Assembly (NCBI GenBank): GCA_964016885.1
Contig: OZ024742.1
Coordinates: forward strand, 149,606,001 to 149,670,000
Length of the DNA: 64,000 nucleotides
Reading direction: 5' to 3'
Source of the DNA: Eledone cirrhosa
Taxonomy: Eukaryota
The position numbers were made by a program, and so were the translations under genes. The notes beneath the pieces were generated by a model. It saw only the letters and a list, made by a program, of their open reading frames with translations, did no database searches and had not been told where the DNA came from. Position 1 is the stretch's first letter. The number at the start of each line of letters is the position of its first letter. Shown here in pieces: positions 25,137 to 38,833 of the stretch.

Positions 25137-25222
<86 letters not shown>
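25137..25222. repeat. (ACT)n-(AGT)n palindromic microsatellite
   Basis: About 12 ACT units abut about 16 AGT units at ctag 25171-25174. Confidence 0.95.
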
Positions 25223-25290
25223 ACTGAAGCCTCTCTCCCAGTAGTGGTGGCATGCCCCTCATGTAGAAAGATGCGTGTGTGTGCATGGGA

Positions 25291-25326
<36 letters not shown>

Positions 25327-27388
25327 GTATAGTGAGAGAGAGATTGTAGGAGAGCCTATCATATATACTAATCTAATTTAGTGCTTGTTGCCTGCATAGC
25401 TTACCGAAATTGGTAAAGAGAACCATCTAGATTCCAGTCAGTCAGCTGAACTTTCATTTGTTTGCATCAACCAATGTGAAGGTTACAGCTAATCCCCCTC
25501 ATCATGTTGCCTCTCTGCCACCATATACAACACCACACACACACATTTTTGTATAGATTCATATACATATACTCATATACATATATATATATACTCATAT
25601 ATTTCTATATGCATGCATATATATTATAAAGGGTTAGGAGGATGCGATGACTGAGCTGGTTCAAGACTGGATCTAGCTTTTGAAACAAAAAGAGCTCAGC
25701 CATTGGGTCCCTCTACTCTTTATAATGTAGCTAAACTTTACTACCTCAAGTATCAAGTACTCTGTTGTGTAATGGTCTAACTAGTTTTAAACTGGTTCTA
25801 TCCTGATATATACACACATATGTATGTGTATATGTATGTATGTATGCATATATATACATATGCATGTGCAAACATGCATACTCTCACACACACATACACA
25901 CACATTTAAGAACAATTAGAATTTTTTTGTTTTTACTTTATGCGTCTATAATAAATGGGTGTATATTTGAATATAGTTAATAACAGATTGTACTAGTCAT
26001 AAGGAGGAGTGACACTAAATTGCATTGTCCCTTACTTTTCAAAAGTGCACTCCTAGAGTTAGAAAATAGTTTATACAAAAAAGTCCTGAAATAAGTTTCT
26101 TGAAGTCTTTGACTTTGCTAACATTTCTCTCTTAAAACAAGAAGAAAAAACAAAAATTAAACAAATAAGTTAACCAAAAAAATCTGGTAAAAAATCCCAT
26201 AGGAAATTAGTGACCATCTAGAATGTTCTGAAGTCCCTCTCAGTACCAAAGCCTGGTGGTGACCTATAACAGAGTTTGAGGAACCTACTGCTGGTCGGCA
26301 TTGTCAAAAATTAATCAGATCTAAAAATATCAGATTCCTCTTCTCTCTCTCAACTAATGAACATTTCTATTTAACCACACACATACTGTAGGTAATTACT
26401 CACAGTGACATATTTTTCACAATAGTTTTAAAGATCTTCATACAATTTCAAATTATCTGAGGTTGCAGTGTAAGTCTAAAAATGTGAAAGGATAAATGGG
26501 AAGAGCTAATACCTCATATTTTATATATACATAACTTCATCTCAAAATTTTTTTTTCATAGAGGTTCTGTTTTGAGAACTATATCTCTCATTTTATGTAT
26601 GGATGTGTAACTCCTATTAGTATCATAGGGGCACTGTCATAGCATATGGCGTGTCTTAGGCACTCTAAATCTGATGAAGCCAATCCCTCTCCAAGTCAGG
26701 GCACAGCCAATTTCTTCCTGTGAGAGAGAGAGGCAGGGATGGATAAGAAAATGATGTAGAGAAAGAGTCAACCTAAGTACTGGATTGGTACTTTTTATCA
26801 ACCTTGAAAGGATAAGTTGATTATAATGGGATTTAAACTTAGAGTGCAAAGAGTTGGAATGAATACCACAAAGCATTCTATTTGATGTCCTAATGGATCA
26901 CTACCTATCATTAGGCAGTTTAAAAGAACAAATTTTCTTCTGTGACTAACAGTCCCATGAGTTGAATATAAGAATGGACAAATGAGCTGAAAAATGGATA
27001 CACTCCAATGACTGAAACCAATAAAATTGTAAAAGAACTATAGCAATGGTTAATGGTCAACACGTTCATTTGTTTTAAAGCCTTATAAGATACTGATGTT
27101 GTTTTAACCACAGGTCAAAAGAATTCCTGTCATGACCAGCCTTTTTTGGAAGTAGCGTATCTTTACTTTATATACTCAGCCATAGAAATGTGTATATGTC
27201 TTCAAATATAAGTAGTTTTATAAAACTATAAGGCTAAATATGGCAACCTGTGAATTATTGAAGGCATTTATTGATGTTTTTCTGTTTTGTATTTTTCACC
27301 TCATTTATTACCTTTTTCACTTAACATTATTCCCATTTCTTGTTTTTTTCTCTCTCATATGAACTTTGCATGAACTTTGCATGAACAG

Positions 27389-27484
27389 CTCAAACAGGAG
27401 TGACTTGGTTAACTCATCTGTTGGAAATGAACAGATCAAAATGGCGCACAAGCGACAAGTGAAAGAGGATCGGTTAAGCAGGCT
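27389..27484 (+). CDS. Candidate alternative cassette exon (SNRSDLVNSSVGNEQIKMAHKRQVKEDRLSR), phase 2-2
   Basis: Pyrimidine tract then gaacag acceptor; CT|gtatgt donor; 96 nt, open in the frame set by exon 1. Confidence 0.55.
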
Positions 27485-29708
27485 GTATGTGAATGTAATG
27501 TTTTCATTAACCCTTTTTTCTAACTTCTTTATTGAAACAATATTATAATGCAAAAACAAACAAAAATTTGAAAAAAGGTGCTTATCTTTGGTCAAACCAA
27601 ACATTTGTTTCAATTTCCAATGATTTAAATGCTGTTAGGAATAGGTGGACAAGACAATCCTTGAGAACAGCATGAAGAAATTAATATCATTAAATTTACA
27701 GCAAAGATGTCTTACATAGATACATAGTTGACATTGTAATAAAGTGTTACAAATTTTAGTTTATGTACTAAACATAAAAACATAGGACAAAATGCCTTGA
27801 ATTTCTCCCAGCTTTTACTGCTTTGATACATTTTGAGGTCAACATTGCTTGTCATCCTTTCAGGGTTGATAAAGTAAAAAATGAGATTTATCACTCTGTT
27901 TTAGAATATACAAAATTTATTTCAATATTGAATTATTTCAAACCATATCAATCAATATGTATATTGTTAATTCCTCAACATTTTACACATTAATTTTATT
28001 TCTATAGTGCAGCACTTCATAAAGATTTTTGTTGTCATTTTTCATTATACTATTTTTCAAAATTGATTAATGTATTCTGAATAGTTTGAGGCTTAAAAGG
28101 GACACTTTCTTCTAGATCAGTGCTTTCCAAACGTTCAAGAATGGAGTTTCATTAACAAAGAGACAACATACTATAAATATACTTTTTTCAAAGTTAAACG
28201 TTATATAGTCATTAAATAGAACATAACCCATGTGAGCATGGAAAATTGATGCTAACCGATGATGATGATATGTCCAGGTGAAAATAATGGTTAAATGTTT
28301 AATTTTAATATGAAAATGTCAAAAAACTATTTTGACCATAGACATTCACAACAGAGAGAGTGGAAAGCACTATTCTAGATAAACATGTATCTGAAAGGAA
28401 TAACATGCAAGTTTTACTGAGGACAGGTTAGTTAATGAGAGGTACTATTGTTTTAGTTTAGGAAATTTAAATTGTTTTTTTTTTTTTATTTATATATATT
28501 TCACTATGTCCTAAATACCAGCTTAATAAGGGAAAACGTTTTTGAGTATTTTCAATGCATATGCAACATATTTCATTAGAAATTGGATCACAAAAAAAGT
28601 TAATACTGCATGAGTACTTACGTATTTTAGCTAAACATTTTGGTACTTTTTAGACCGGAAAGTTGGACTAGATAATTTACTTTATTTATCTTGATGTCAC
28701 ATACTTCTGTACTGGAAGTTCAGTGGGGTCAACATTAACTTTTATATTTAAACTGATTATGACTGTAAGAAATTTAAATTACTTATACTCATTGAACTTA
28801 ATTATTTTGTTATTATTCCTAATAAAATGCATCAACTACAATTTTCAATTAATTTTGAAACTAATCTGAAATTTGTGTGAATTTAGTTAAACAACCATCT
28901 TTTTCATTTTAAGCTGGTATTTGAAACAGAATTTTCTTAGATAAAATGATGATGGAATGTTTAAATGTAAATATAAACACAAATAGCTTTGTATCATAGA
29001 ACCATGGGCAGTTTCAAGTGATTTGGTATCAGAAAGATTTTTTAAAAATAGCTTTAATTCTAATTAAAATAAATCATTAATGCTGTAGGTTTGAGGTAAA
29101 TTTTTCTTACCCAGAAATGGTTATGCCCTCCAGCAAGTACATAAATCTTCTTGTCTCATTCTGCTTTATTTCCAACAAAAGTTTAAAAAAAAAAAGAATA
29201 TTAAATTATTAAAGGTAAATTTCTTTCTTGTTTTTAACTGTTCTTTTGTTTATCAAAATTTGATATTGACCCCTATAAATTGGGAATCATGGTTTGTATT
29301 TATTGTTAATTTGTATTAGATGTTGTTGATTTATTGCTGCTATGTAAGGTTTCTATTGATATATTATGTTTTATAATTATTGTTGTATTGTTTTAGAAGA
29401 AATTTTAAATTGTATATTTTCATGTTCAGATGAGTGCTTGATTTTATTTTATTTAAAATTTACTTTATTTCTGAGTGAGTTAGAAATGCCAAGTTAATCC
29501 TTTCACAAGACTCTCAGATCTCCAGTTATATCATCTCTAGTTTCTGGAGCACTAAAACTGATGAAAATCTAAACCTTTTTCTGGATAACATGCCAGTCTT
29601 CTTTAATTAATTTCCCCCAAAATTCTTAGGCATAACCTTGACATCTAAGTGAACTGAAGCATATAGAATATCTTACCATGCTAATAGAAGGAATAGAAAA
29701 TACTCTTA

Positions 29709-29940
29709 CATTGATAATCCAAGATTGTGTTCATTCCATCTTTAGATTTTTCATGAAGCTATATCATTGATAATCCAAGATTGTGTTCATTCCATTTCTA
29801 CATTTTTCATGAAGCTATATCATATTACACTTACGAATGTATATAACATACTACACTTATGAAGTGAAGGTATATCATATTTCATTAACTAAAGGAATAT
29901 CATATTACACTTTATGAAGGTGTATATCATATTTCATCTT
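29709..29940. repeat. Local tandem duplications (56-bp unit x2, then degenerate shorter units)
   Basis: cattgataatccaagattgtgttcattccat..ttttcatgaagctatat occurs twice. Confidence 0.85.
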
Positions 29941-31224
29941 ATGCAGGTATATCATGCTCTGCTTTATGAAGATATATATTTTTGATTATAGTTCTATTCA
30001 AACAAATTTGACATGGAACTAAATAAGAATAACTGGATTCACACTCTTTCATGGGGTTGACAGAGATATCCCTCCTGTTGTGGATGTCATCTGCATGATG
30101 CTTAACATTGAATTGCTTATTGCTATCCATCAAATCAAATGATAACTATTTTCTTCATTCATGGAGCATTTTATGACTATACAACTTAAATCTTTGAGCT
30201 ACAGCTTTGGTTGAAGATGAGTTATAAATGTTTGATCGAAGTGGCCAAGTGTAACTCAGCCTGCATGCTTCTTTTTTTCTTCTCCTGTTAGTGCTGAGTG
30301 TTTCTCTTCTCTAAATTCTAACCCCTCCCCCCTTCAGTGAGACTACCAAAGTGAGTGGTGAGCAGTGACGTCTTCTGTTCTTGTAGGATTGATGTTGATT
30401 CACTTAAGGCATCGCACAAAATTTGAATAAAATCAATGGCTGACCATGTGGACTAGAGGCACTATGTTTAATTATACAGTGTAATTGCTATGTACTCTAG
30501 TGATCTGAACCAAACTATCAGTGCCTGTTTACAGCAGGTATTAAAGTATCTTGGTCATGTATACAGTTTAGTACTGGTTACATTCCTTCAAATCAGACAG
30601 CTCAAACTTTGAAATAAGAGATTATATTTTAAAACTTTGTTTCACAGCAGCTATGTTTAAAATGTTGGAAATATTAAATGTATTGTATGATTCATAAATA
30701 TTTGGTTACCGAAAAGCTGTTCCTAAGATAGTTGTAATAATCTTAGCCAAAAATAAATGTGCAATAAACTGAAAAATTTTGATGTATATTCTCCCTGGAT
30801 TTTATTCTAACAAATTAAAAAGACTCTAAAATTAACGTGTGAACACTATGCTAATTTGTTTATACAACTAAAACGTGTTGAGACATTGATAAAATATAAC
30901 TGGTTATGTTTCTGCCAGCAGAGTTATTTTACATTTGGTAAAATTTTGAATTTGAATGAACTTCAAAAAATATTTTGTGCATGATTTTGTTTTAAAATTT
31001 TGACTTTTGAGAAAAATTCATCCCTGAAATATTTTTCAATAATTTTAGTGTATAGATTGGTTTTATTGCTTTTCTTTCTTACCTTTCCTTTCCATATCAT
31101 TCTCTCTGTTAAATTTAGATACATTTTCTTTATTATATTTTCAGGTTGATTTTTTTCTGTGTTGTTGTTCTGTTGTTGAAGTTGCTGTTATGTTTTTAAC
31201 TTGTGTGTTTCCTCACTAATGCAG

Positions 31225-31311
31225 AGCTGCAGAAGTAAACAGTTTTTATGAAGAGGATGATTATGAACGTAAACGACGGGAACGAAGAGAGGCTCGTGAG
31301 GCCCGGTTAAG
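31225..31311 (+). CDS. Coding exon (AAEVNSFYEEDDYERKRRERREAREARL), phase 2-2, GC donor
   Basis: tgcag acceptor ending 31224; 87 nt; E/R-rich; AG|gcaaga gives the phase-2 exit needed to join exon 38746. Confidence 0.8.
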
Positions 31312-34261
31312 GCAAGAAAAAAGCCTACAGCTTCCTATTTCTTCATTCCACTAGAGTAAATAAAATCTGGTGCTAGGAAATGAATGATATGCATTATCAC
31401 TGCATGCCATGTGCATTATCTATCAGCATCCTGCTGCAACTGCACATAGCAATGCCATTTAATAAATATCCTATGAGTAGCTTAATTTAAAATAGAAGGG
31501 GGCATGTGAATATTTTTTAATCTAAGCCATTCCTGTTCAAACCTAATTATTTATAGTATTCTTAATAGGAACAGTGTAATAGATTAAGTTGAAAATAATT
31601 ATAACATATAAACAGAATAATTCCTTTCCAAACATAATGATTACCAGAAATAAGATTAAATTGGAAACCTATTTTACTACAATTGAACTAAACTTATTAA
31701 GGAAATAACTGATCTTTAGTTGATAAATAAAGGTTTGGAACTAGAAAGATATACATGCTACTCAAAAGAAAAGTTCTTCTACAAGAGTTACATTGGAGGA
31801 TCTTGGAATTATTAGAGATAGTTAATGACTACACAAGAGAGAAAAATTTGATCAATGGTAAAGTTGTATGTGAATATACAATTTTTTTTGTTTGGCATTT
31901 TGCAGATGGATTCCTTAAAAGCTTTTTTCTTCTCTTTAACCAGTCAAATAAATGAACAATTGTGTCTGAGTAAATTCTTTTACTGTCATCATCAAAACCA
32001 TTAAAATCATTATTATGTGATGATGAAGATTAGATTAAGAAATAATTCCAGTTATTTGTATTCAGTCAAAACATCAGAGCTAACTGTCAAAGCAGCTTGC
32101 TTGAGTATACTAGATATGACTGGTATTTCAACAAACAACTGGAAAATACATTTTCTTGATATGCTACTTGCTCAGTAAAACGTATCTTTTGGTGCATATC
32201 TACATACACATGTAAATATGTGTATGTATTACTGGTAAAGAAAGAAAAAATAATTTATTTAAGGAATACGACAACATAAAAACTCACGAAACAACACACA
32301 CCATCTTTAATGACCTAATGTGTCCTTCAGCAAGACAGGTCACCTAATTTGAATTTCAACTATGTTGAAAAATATGTATGATTATGTTAATATTAGTGTT
32401 AGGAAGCTAATCCAACAGCAAAAATCTAAATTTACATGCTGTTCAAATTTATGTTGACAGCACTTTACATATTCTATAAAGTGTGTATCAAAGCTATTGG
32501 ATCATATCCTACAAAAGATTATCTGTAATTCAGTCCATTGATGATCTCTCTTGTTAGCTACTTCACTATTTCTGTTAGGTGTGATGGAATTGTTGTACAA
32601 TACCATAGCCTAGTTGCAAGAATGGATATATGACTAGAGGAGATTTAGATACAAATGACTAACACATTTAGTGTAAGCTCATAAGATAGCCAATAGTTTT
32701 AGTCCATTCAACTTTTAAAATACAATTATGAAAAGTCTGGTTTAGATATCAATTTGTCAATGGACATTTAGAATGTTTTATTTCAAAAGATTAGGAATTC
32801 TACTTTCAGTTGTGATGTGCATGTTTTTCAACTATTGCATCCCTTTTTCTTTTGTTTTATTTCCTACCTTATATTAAATCTTAAACAGTATTATTTTCAA
32901 CATTCTGCAATAATTCACTAACTCATTTTCACTTGCTCCTACTCATTGTCATACTTACACAGGCTCACTCACCCAATAACTCATCCACTTTTTCACTCAC
33001 TCATTCACTTATCACTCACCTCATTATGCACTTGCTCACTCACCTAATCAATCACTCACTCACTCATTTCTTAGAACTCTTTGTTTCGTTTATACTCACA
33101 ATCTTCTAGTAAATAGTTTATAAGGATTATAATGATATTTCTGGGTTGAAATCTTGCTGAGATCAACTTTATCTTTCATCCTTCCAAGATTGGTATAATA
33201 AAGTACTAGATCAATTTAATTATCTAAACCTTACTACCAAATTTGTAGCTTTGTGCCTATATAAGAAATTAATATCGTATTTTTTTTCATAATTTTTATA
33301 AAGGCACCAAAATATGTGTAAGGTTGGAGGGCTGGTGTAGCATTGAACATTGGCAACTATTTTCTAAAATATGTGAGGGGGAAAAATTCTACAGTAAAGC
33401 TGATGGTTCTTGATATTAAGGAAAGCAGATAACCTTTCGTTGTGTGTGGAGAGAGAGAGAGAGGTGGTTGAGTATGGAAAAAACTTGGCAGATGACTAGA
33501 TTGGGTAATTTTGAGTAAAAATTAAGTGCAAATGCTCAATCAATCAATGTAAAGTATGTTGTGCTAATGGTAAAGGTGGTAAAATGCCAAAGTCTGATAA
33601 TTATTAGAAGTAAACTATAGAGGTGTCATCAAACAAATGAAAAATTAAAAATATAGGACACATTTTGTGTCTGAACAGTTAAGTTGGCATAAGCTTTAAT
33701 GAATGAAAATTAAATTTTTTATTTAATGGCTTAATATGAGGAGGAGGCCAGCTCCTATAACTCTTTTTAGGCCATCTGAGACTTGTGGGAGGAAGAGAAC
33801 ATATACTCAGATAAGAGACAAGTTCCGAATATTTGCAATAGAATGGATTTTACTAAGGCATCCAAGGTCCAATTAAAGGTACTGAATGGAGCAATGGATT
33901 AGGTTTCTCACCTAAGAATAGAAATGGTCCGTCAATAGCTTCCACACAATATGCATCCAAATTTCACTTACACAACTGATTGACTTGAGGCTATGGTAGA
34001 ATAGACTTGCCAGTGAAACCATATAGCTGCAAACAAACCTCATAATCTCTCAATCATTTCCTGGTTTTATATCTGCTCATGAGTTATCGGGACCCTATCT
34101 GGTCTATTTAACTTCACAGTTTATTGAGTCCCATAAAATTTGTATTAAACATTTATGGGTTTTCCTTTTCCTTTTTCTAGTGATGAGAACAGAAACTGCT
34201 ATTAACAGCCTGTTGCAATTCAGTTTTACCCTTAACTTTAGGCACTTATGTGACATAATAA

Positions 34262-34610
34262 AATACACCCAACCACTCTATAAAGTGGTAGTGCTGGTGC
34301 CACAACAAAAAGCTCACAGTCCAACATGTAAGGTAGTAGTGCTAGTGTCATAACAAAAAGCACCTAATCTACCCTGTAAAGTTGTAGTGCTGGTACCACA
34401 AGAGAAGGTATCCAATTCACCCTGTGGGGTGGTAGTACTGGAGCCATAAAAAAAGCTCCTTGTACATGCTGTAAAGTGGTTGGCATTAGGGATGGACATG
34501 CAGCCATAGGAAACCAAGCAACAAATGGAATGTATGAATAAGTTGTGGCCATCTGGCCTCAGTACATGACAAGCATAGAAAATAAACGTTAAACAGTGAT
34601 GATGATGATT
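34262..34610 (+). mobile_element. RTE-tailed short repeat with internal ~43-bp tandem units and (TGA)n tail
   Basis: Four units of gtagtgctggtgccac..; TGGTTGGCATTAGG..CAGCCATAG; related copies at 1450-1650 (-), 50065-50310 (-) and 61700-61760 (+). Confidence 0.6.
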
Positions 34611-36277
34611 ATAATGTATCTTTTCCAATTTCCAATTATAAAACTTACTATCATAATTCAAATAAAATATCAACTAAACCAAGTTCTTGCTTTAGATATT
34701 ATGACTCCCACTTATCTCTGTTATATTGAAACTAAAATTGATTCTGAGTAGCAATAATAGCTTTGTTTAAAGTTATTTTCAAGAGAACTGTTTTAGTGTT
34801 GTTTAAGAATTAGTTGACTATAGTTTTAGATTGTGTGAGTCATTTTCACATTAAACTGTTGCATAGTCAAACTATACTTCCTCTATTCTGTCACTTTTTG
34901 TCTATCTTATTACTGCAATAGCCATTCTTATCTAAATCTGCCAACTTTGAGAACCAACTTCAAATAAACTTACTTGATGTACATGCTCTCAAAGCTTCCT
35001 TCATGCTTACCGTGCTTCACCTTTTAACTAAGAACCTTGTTATTTTCCAAATTCGAATCATTCTAGAACACACTGTCAGCTTTTGATTTTCTTACCAACC
35101 ATAAATTGGTAAATATAAAGCTTCACCACACATACATTACCTACAATTGCTCATGAACACTACTAATTAAAAACCATTCTTTCTACAAGTAAAGTAGGAA
35201 GTGTTAAACCTCTATTTATATTGAATGTTGAATATATATTGATTTCTCTAAAATGTTACTAGTACTAGAATTTAAATTGAGGAATCTTTTTGTATTGCAC
35301 TGATTGCATGTTTTGATGCCACAAATTGCATTACTGAGAAGAATTTAGCTTACTCTCCAGGCATTGTGTTTGAACTTAAAAAGCATTGTCATTATAATTA
35401 CAACTCCTTTTTGCCTCAAGCATCTATTATTATTTGTTCCTTGGCATTGATTTATTACAATTTCTGTTTCGATCATTCCAAAACTATATTGAATACTATC
35501 ACATGTGATTGTCACCTGAAGACCAGTATCAAGATTTGAATAACCATAAGCATTTGGAAAACATTTGTTATGTAGGTGATAATAGAAAACACTTTTAAAA
35601 AATACTTATTTTTTTAAAGATTAAAAAAATAAGTTCTATTTTTTAAACATGAATTTTACTGTGCCATGTTTCTCTCATCTTTTGAACCAGAAATCTATAA
35701 TTTTATGATTCATACTTTGGAGAATGTTTTAATTCAAATAGAATGTTATAAAATTATATTTCATTTGGGATTTATTGATGTACAGATCTGTTTACATACT
35801 TTAAAACAAATAAAATGTATATTCAAATTACTGATGGAAGTTTTTCAAAATATTTTTTCTTGGTTAATGTTTCAACTGTAAGAACATATTTCTAGAATTT
35901 TCACTTGTCAAAAATTCAAATATTTCTTTATAGGTTTTAAGAAGGAATTTTCATCCTGTATGCTTTGCTTTCATCATAAGTAGATTTTACCAGATCTAAT
36001 ATCCACTTAACATGTGAAAGAATATTATTATAATGAAGTAGACTTTACCAGAACCAACATCTAGTTATCAATCAAATGAACAATTATTATTAGCAAAAGG
36101 TTAACACAGATTTGAGGAGGGTTCAGTGGTAGGTCATGAATTGGTGTCAAATTAGTCACCCTAATTTTTGGATTTTGATTTTCTAAAAGCTGGAAAACAC
36201 CCAGCTTAAGATATTAGCTTTATGTAATTGTACTGTTTAGCAGTTTTACTTGTTCATCAGAATATTGATTCTCTTAA

Positions 36278-36489
36278 CCCTTTAGCATTTACATTACTCT
36301 ATATATACAGTTATATTCTCATGGTAAAGGCTTTACCTCACATAATTATCTCACATAATATTGAATCTGTGATATTTTGATATTATTTATTTTGAGAATA
36401 CAATCTTAATATAAGTATGAGCAGCCAGTTATGGCCAGAAAGAGGTGAGAGAATTCTGGCCAGATATGGTCGGTTTAAATGCTAAAGCG
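36278..36489. mobile_element. piggyBac-type MITE
   Basis: TTAA at 36274-36277 and 36490-36493; TIRs CCCTTTAGCATTTA / TAAATGCTAAAGCG (13 of 14 match). Confidence 0.7.
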
Positions 36490-37301
36490 TTAAGACAGAT
36501 AATTTCAAACACTATTCAATATTTCAGTTCATTGTCCAGAATTTAATTATATTTTAAAATGCATAAAACAAATATTCTTTCCCTTAAAAATGTATGCATT
36601 CTACCAGAATTTTACTTTGTTCCAGTTGAATAATAATATGAAGGTACTCTATTGGATAAACTGGTTTTAATTACAATCAAATTAGAATTTCTTAATAAAT
36701 ATAAAAACACAAACTCATACACACACATGAATTTATCATGATCATCATAATTTTATATCTGTTTTTCATGCTATCATGGGCTGAATGAGTTGCTATGGTT
36801 CTAGTCAGTTCTTATTCAGAGTTACTGCCCTCCTAGATATGTTGGGGAACCATGCCAACTTATACTTTCCATTATATATATATAATATTATCCAGTGTAA
36901 GCCAAAGCAGTTATTTGAGAGAATAAGAAAGAATAGAATTTCCAAGTGAATTTGTGAATAACCATGCCAGCATGCATTCCAAAGTAAATAAATGTCAAGA
37001 ATAACAAAAAGATATGAAGAGAATTATTAGATTCATACAGGAGAAAAAGAAAATAATTTTTAACGTTTCGGACTTAGGTCCTTTATCTGAAGGAGAAAAC
37101 AAGAGCATGAAAAAAGACCCCCCCCCCCCCTCCAAAAAAAAAAAACACAAAAAAACCACCTATGGAAAGACACACAAATGAACAGTTGAAAACACACATG
37201 TAGACTATACCAAAACCACTTTGAAAAGTAACATGGAAGTAGAATAGAGAAGAATGTGGATTTCAGTGTAAAGATTTCAAGCAGAAATAAAACATGCTAG
37301 C

Positions 37302-37343
<42 letters not shown>

Positions 37344-37879
37344 GATTGATTGCATATGTCAATAGGTAGAATGTGTGTGTGCATGTATTTATTTTGTGAA
37401 GCAGTACCTGGCAAGTTCAAAATCAGTAACAGTGTTAATGTTCATAAATTGGGGATATCAAGTAAGTAAAAATATAAATAAAAATATGAAACAGTAATAG
37501 GTGTTTTATTGACAGTGTTACTTCTCAGATGCAGTTAATTAATTTTGCATATATCTACAAAGAATATGTACATTACAATAACATCCAATTATTCAGTTTT
37601 TAAATTTGAGTATATATATATATATATATATGAGCGAGAGCAACACACAAAATGAGCATTTCATAATATATTTACTATGTAACTAGTAATATCTAACCCA
37701 CTTTACTGCTAAATCATTCTTGCACAATTTTACTAATATAAACTATAACTATCCAAAAAGACTCTTGCAAAAAAAAAAAAAAATGTCCATGTCAATAACC
37801 AATACATCTGCACTATCAATGTGAAATGGTACTTTGTTCAGAATATCAACAGTGCTTGATCTTCTTTTACTTTTAGTGC

Positions 37880-37954
<75 letters not shown>

Positions 37955-38745
37955 TGTGTTAATATATATGTGTTAATATATGTGTTAATATATTTGTGTT
38001 AATATATTTGTGTTAATATATGTGTGTGAGTGTGTGTGGTGAAAAAACTATTAAAGCATAAAATTCATGGTTACTGACTTTTACTGTATTGTGTTATCCA
38101 TTTTATTAGTCATCTGAGATAATTTAGAGTTACTAATAGTTTCCATAATAATTATTTATCATTGTTTTCTCATCGTTGATACATAATTACTTTTATTGTT
38201 TTACAATTATCATGAGATCATATTGATAGTAGTAAACATATTAGCAAGTTGTATTTATATTAATGATAATCTTAACTTTAATGATATCTATATTGATATC
38301 TTTGATAGCTAAATTATATAATGTTAGTGTTGTTTGTTATAATAATAATCAGTGACAACTCCCAAGGCATTTATTAATGACAAATGTAATCATATTTGAT
38401 AATGATATAGTATCAATTAATTCATGTCTTTATTGTTTAAGGAGGAAATGACAATAAGTCAATTAAGACATCATATTCAGGAACATGACACAAAATTTGT
38501 CTATGTATGTATAATGACATATATTCATATACATTTAAAGTTAGGTAGAAATATTAATTGGTATAAATATATAAACAATACCATTTAAAAGAATATATAT
38601 ATATATTGGCGTGTGTGTGTATGTGGGATATTCATTTAATACCATATTTTGCTTTTGCCTTTAGAAAATGGTTTTATTAGAATTTTGGTGTGTCATTTTT
38701 CTTTTTTTATTTACTGTATTTCCTTCTCTTTTAACCCCTAATAAG

Positions 38746-38833
38746 GTCTGCAGAACCTGTAGAAGAGGAAACAACATCTCGTCGCTCAAGGAGACAGCCA
38801 GTAGATGATGAACCTGCTCCTGAACCTCAAGAG
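38746..38833 (+). CDS. Coding exon (SAEPVEEETTSRRSRRQPVDDEPAPEPQE), phase 2-0
   Basis: Long pyrimidine tract, taag acceptor, GAG|gtaaac donor; 88 nt open frame. Confidence 0.85.

Noticed and set aside
34262-34470. Regularly spaced ~43-bp repeats resembling a CRISPR array
   Set aside because: Eukaryotic context, the units are degenerate along their whole length with no unique spacers, and no cas genes are present.
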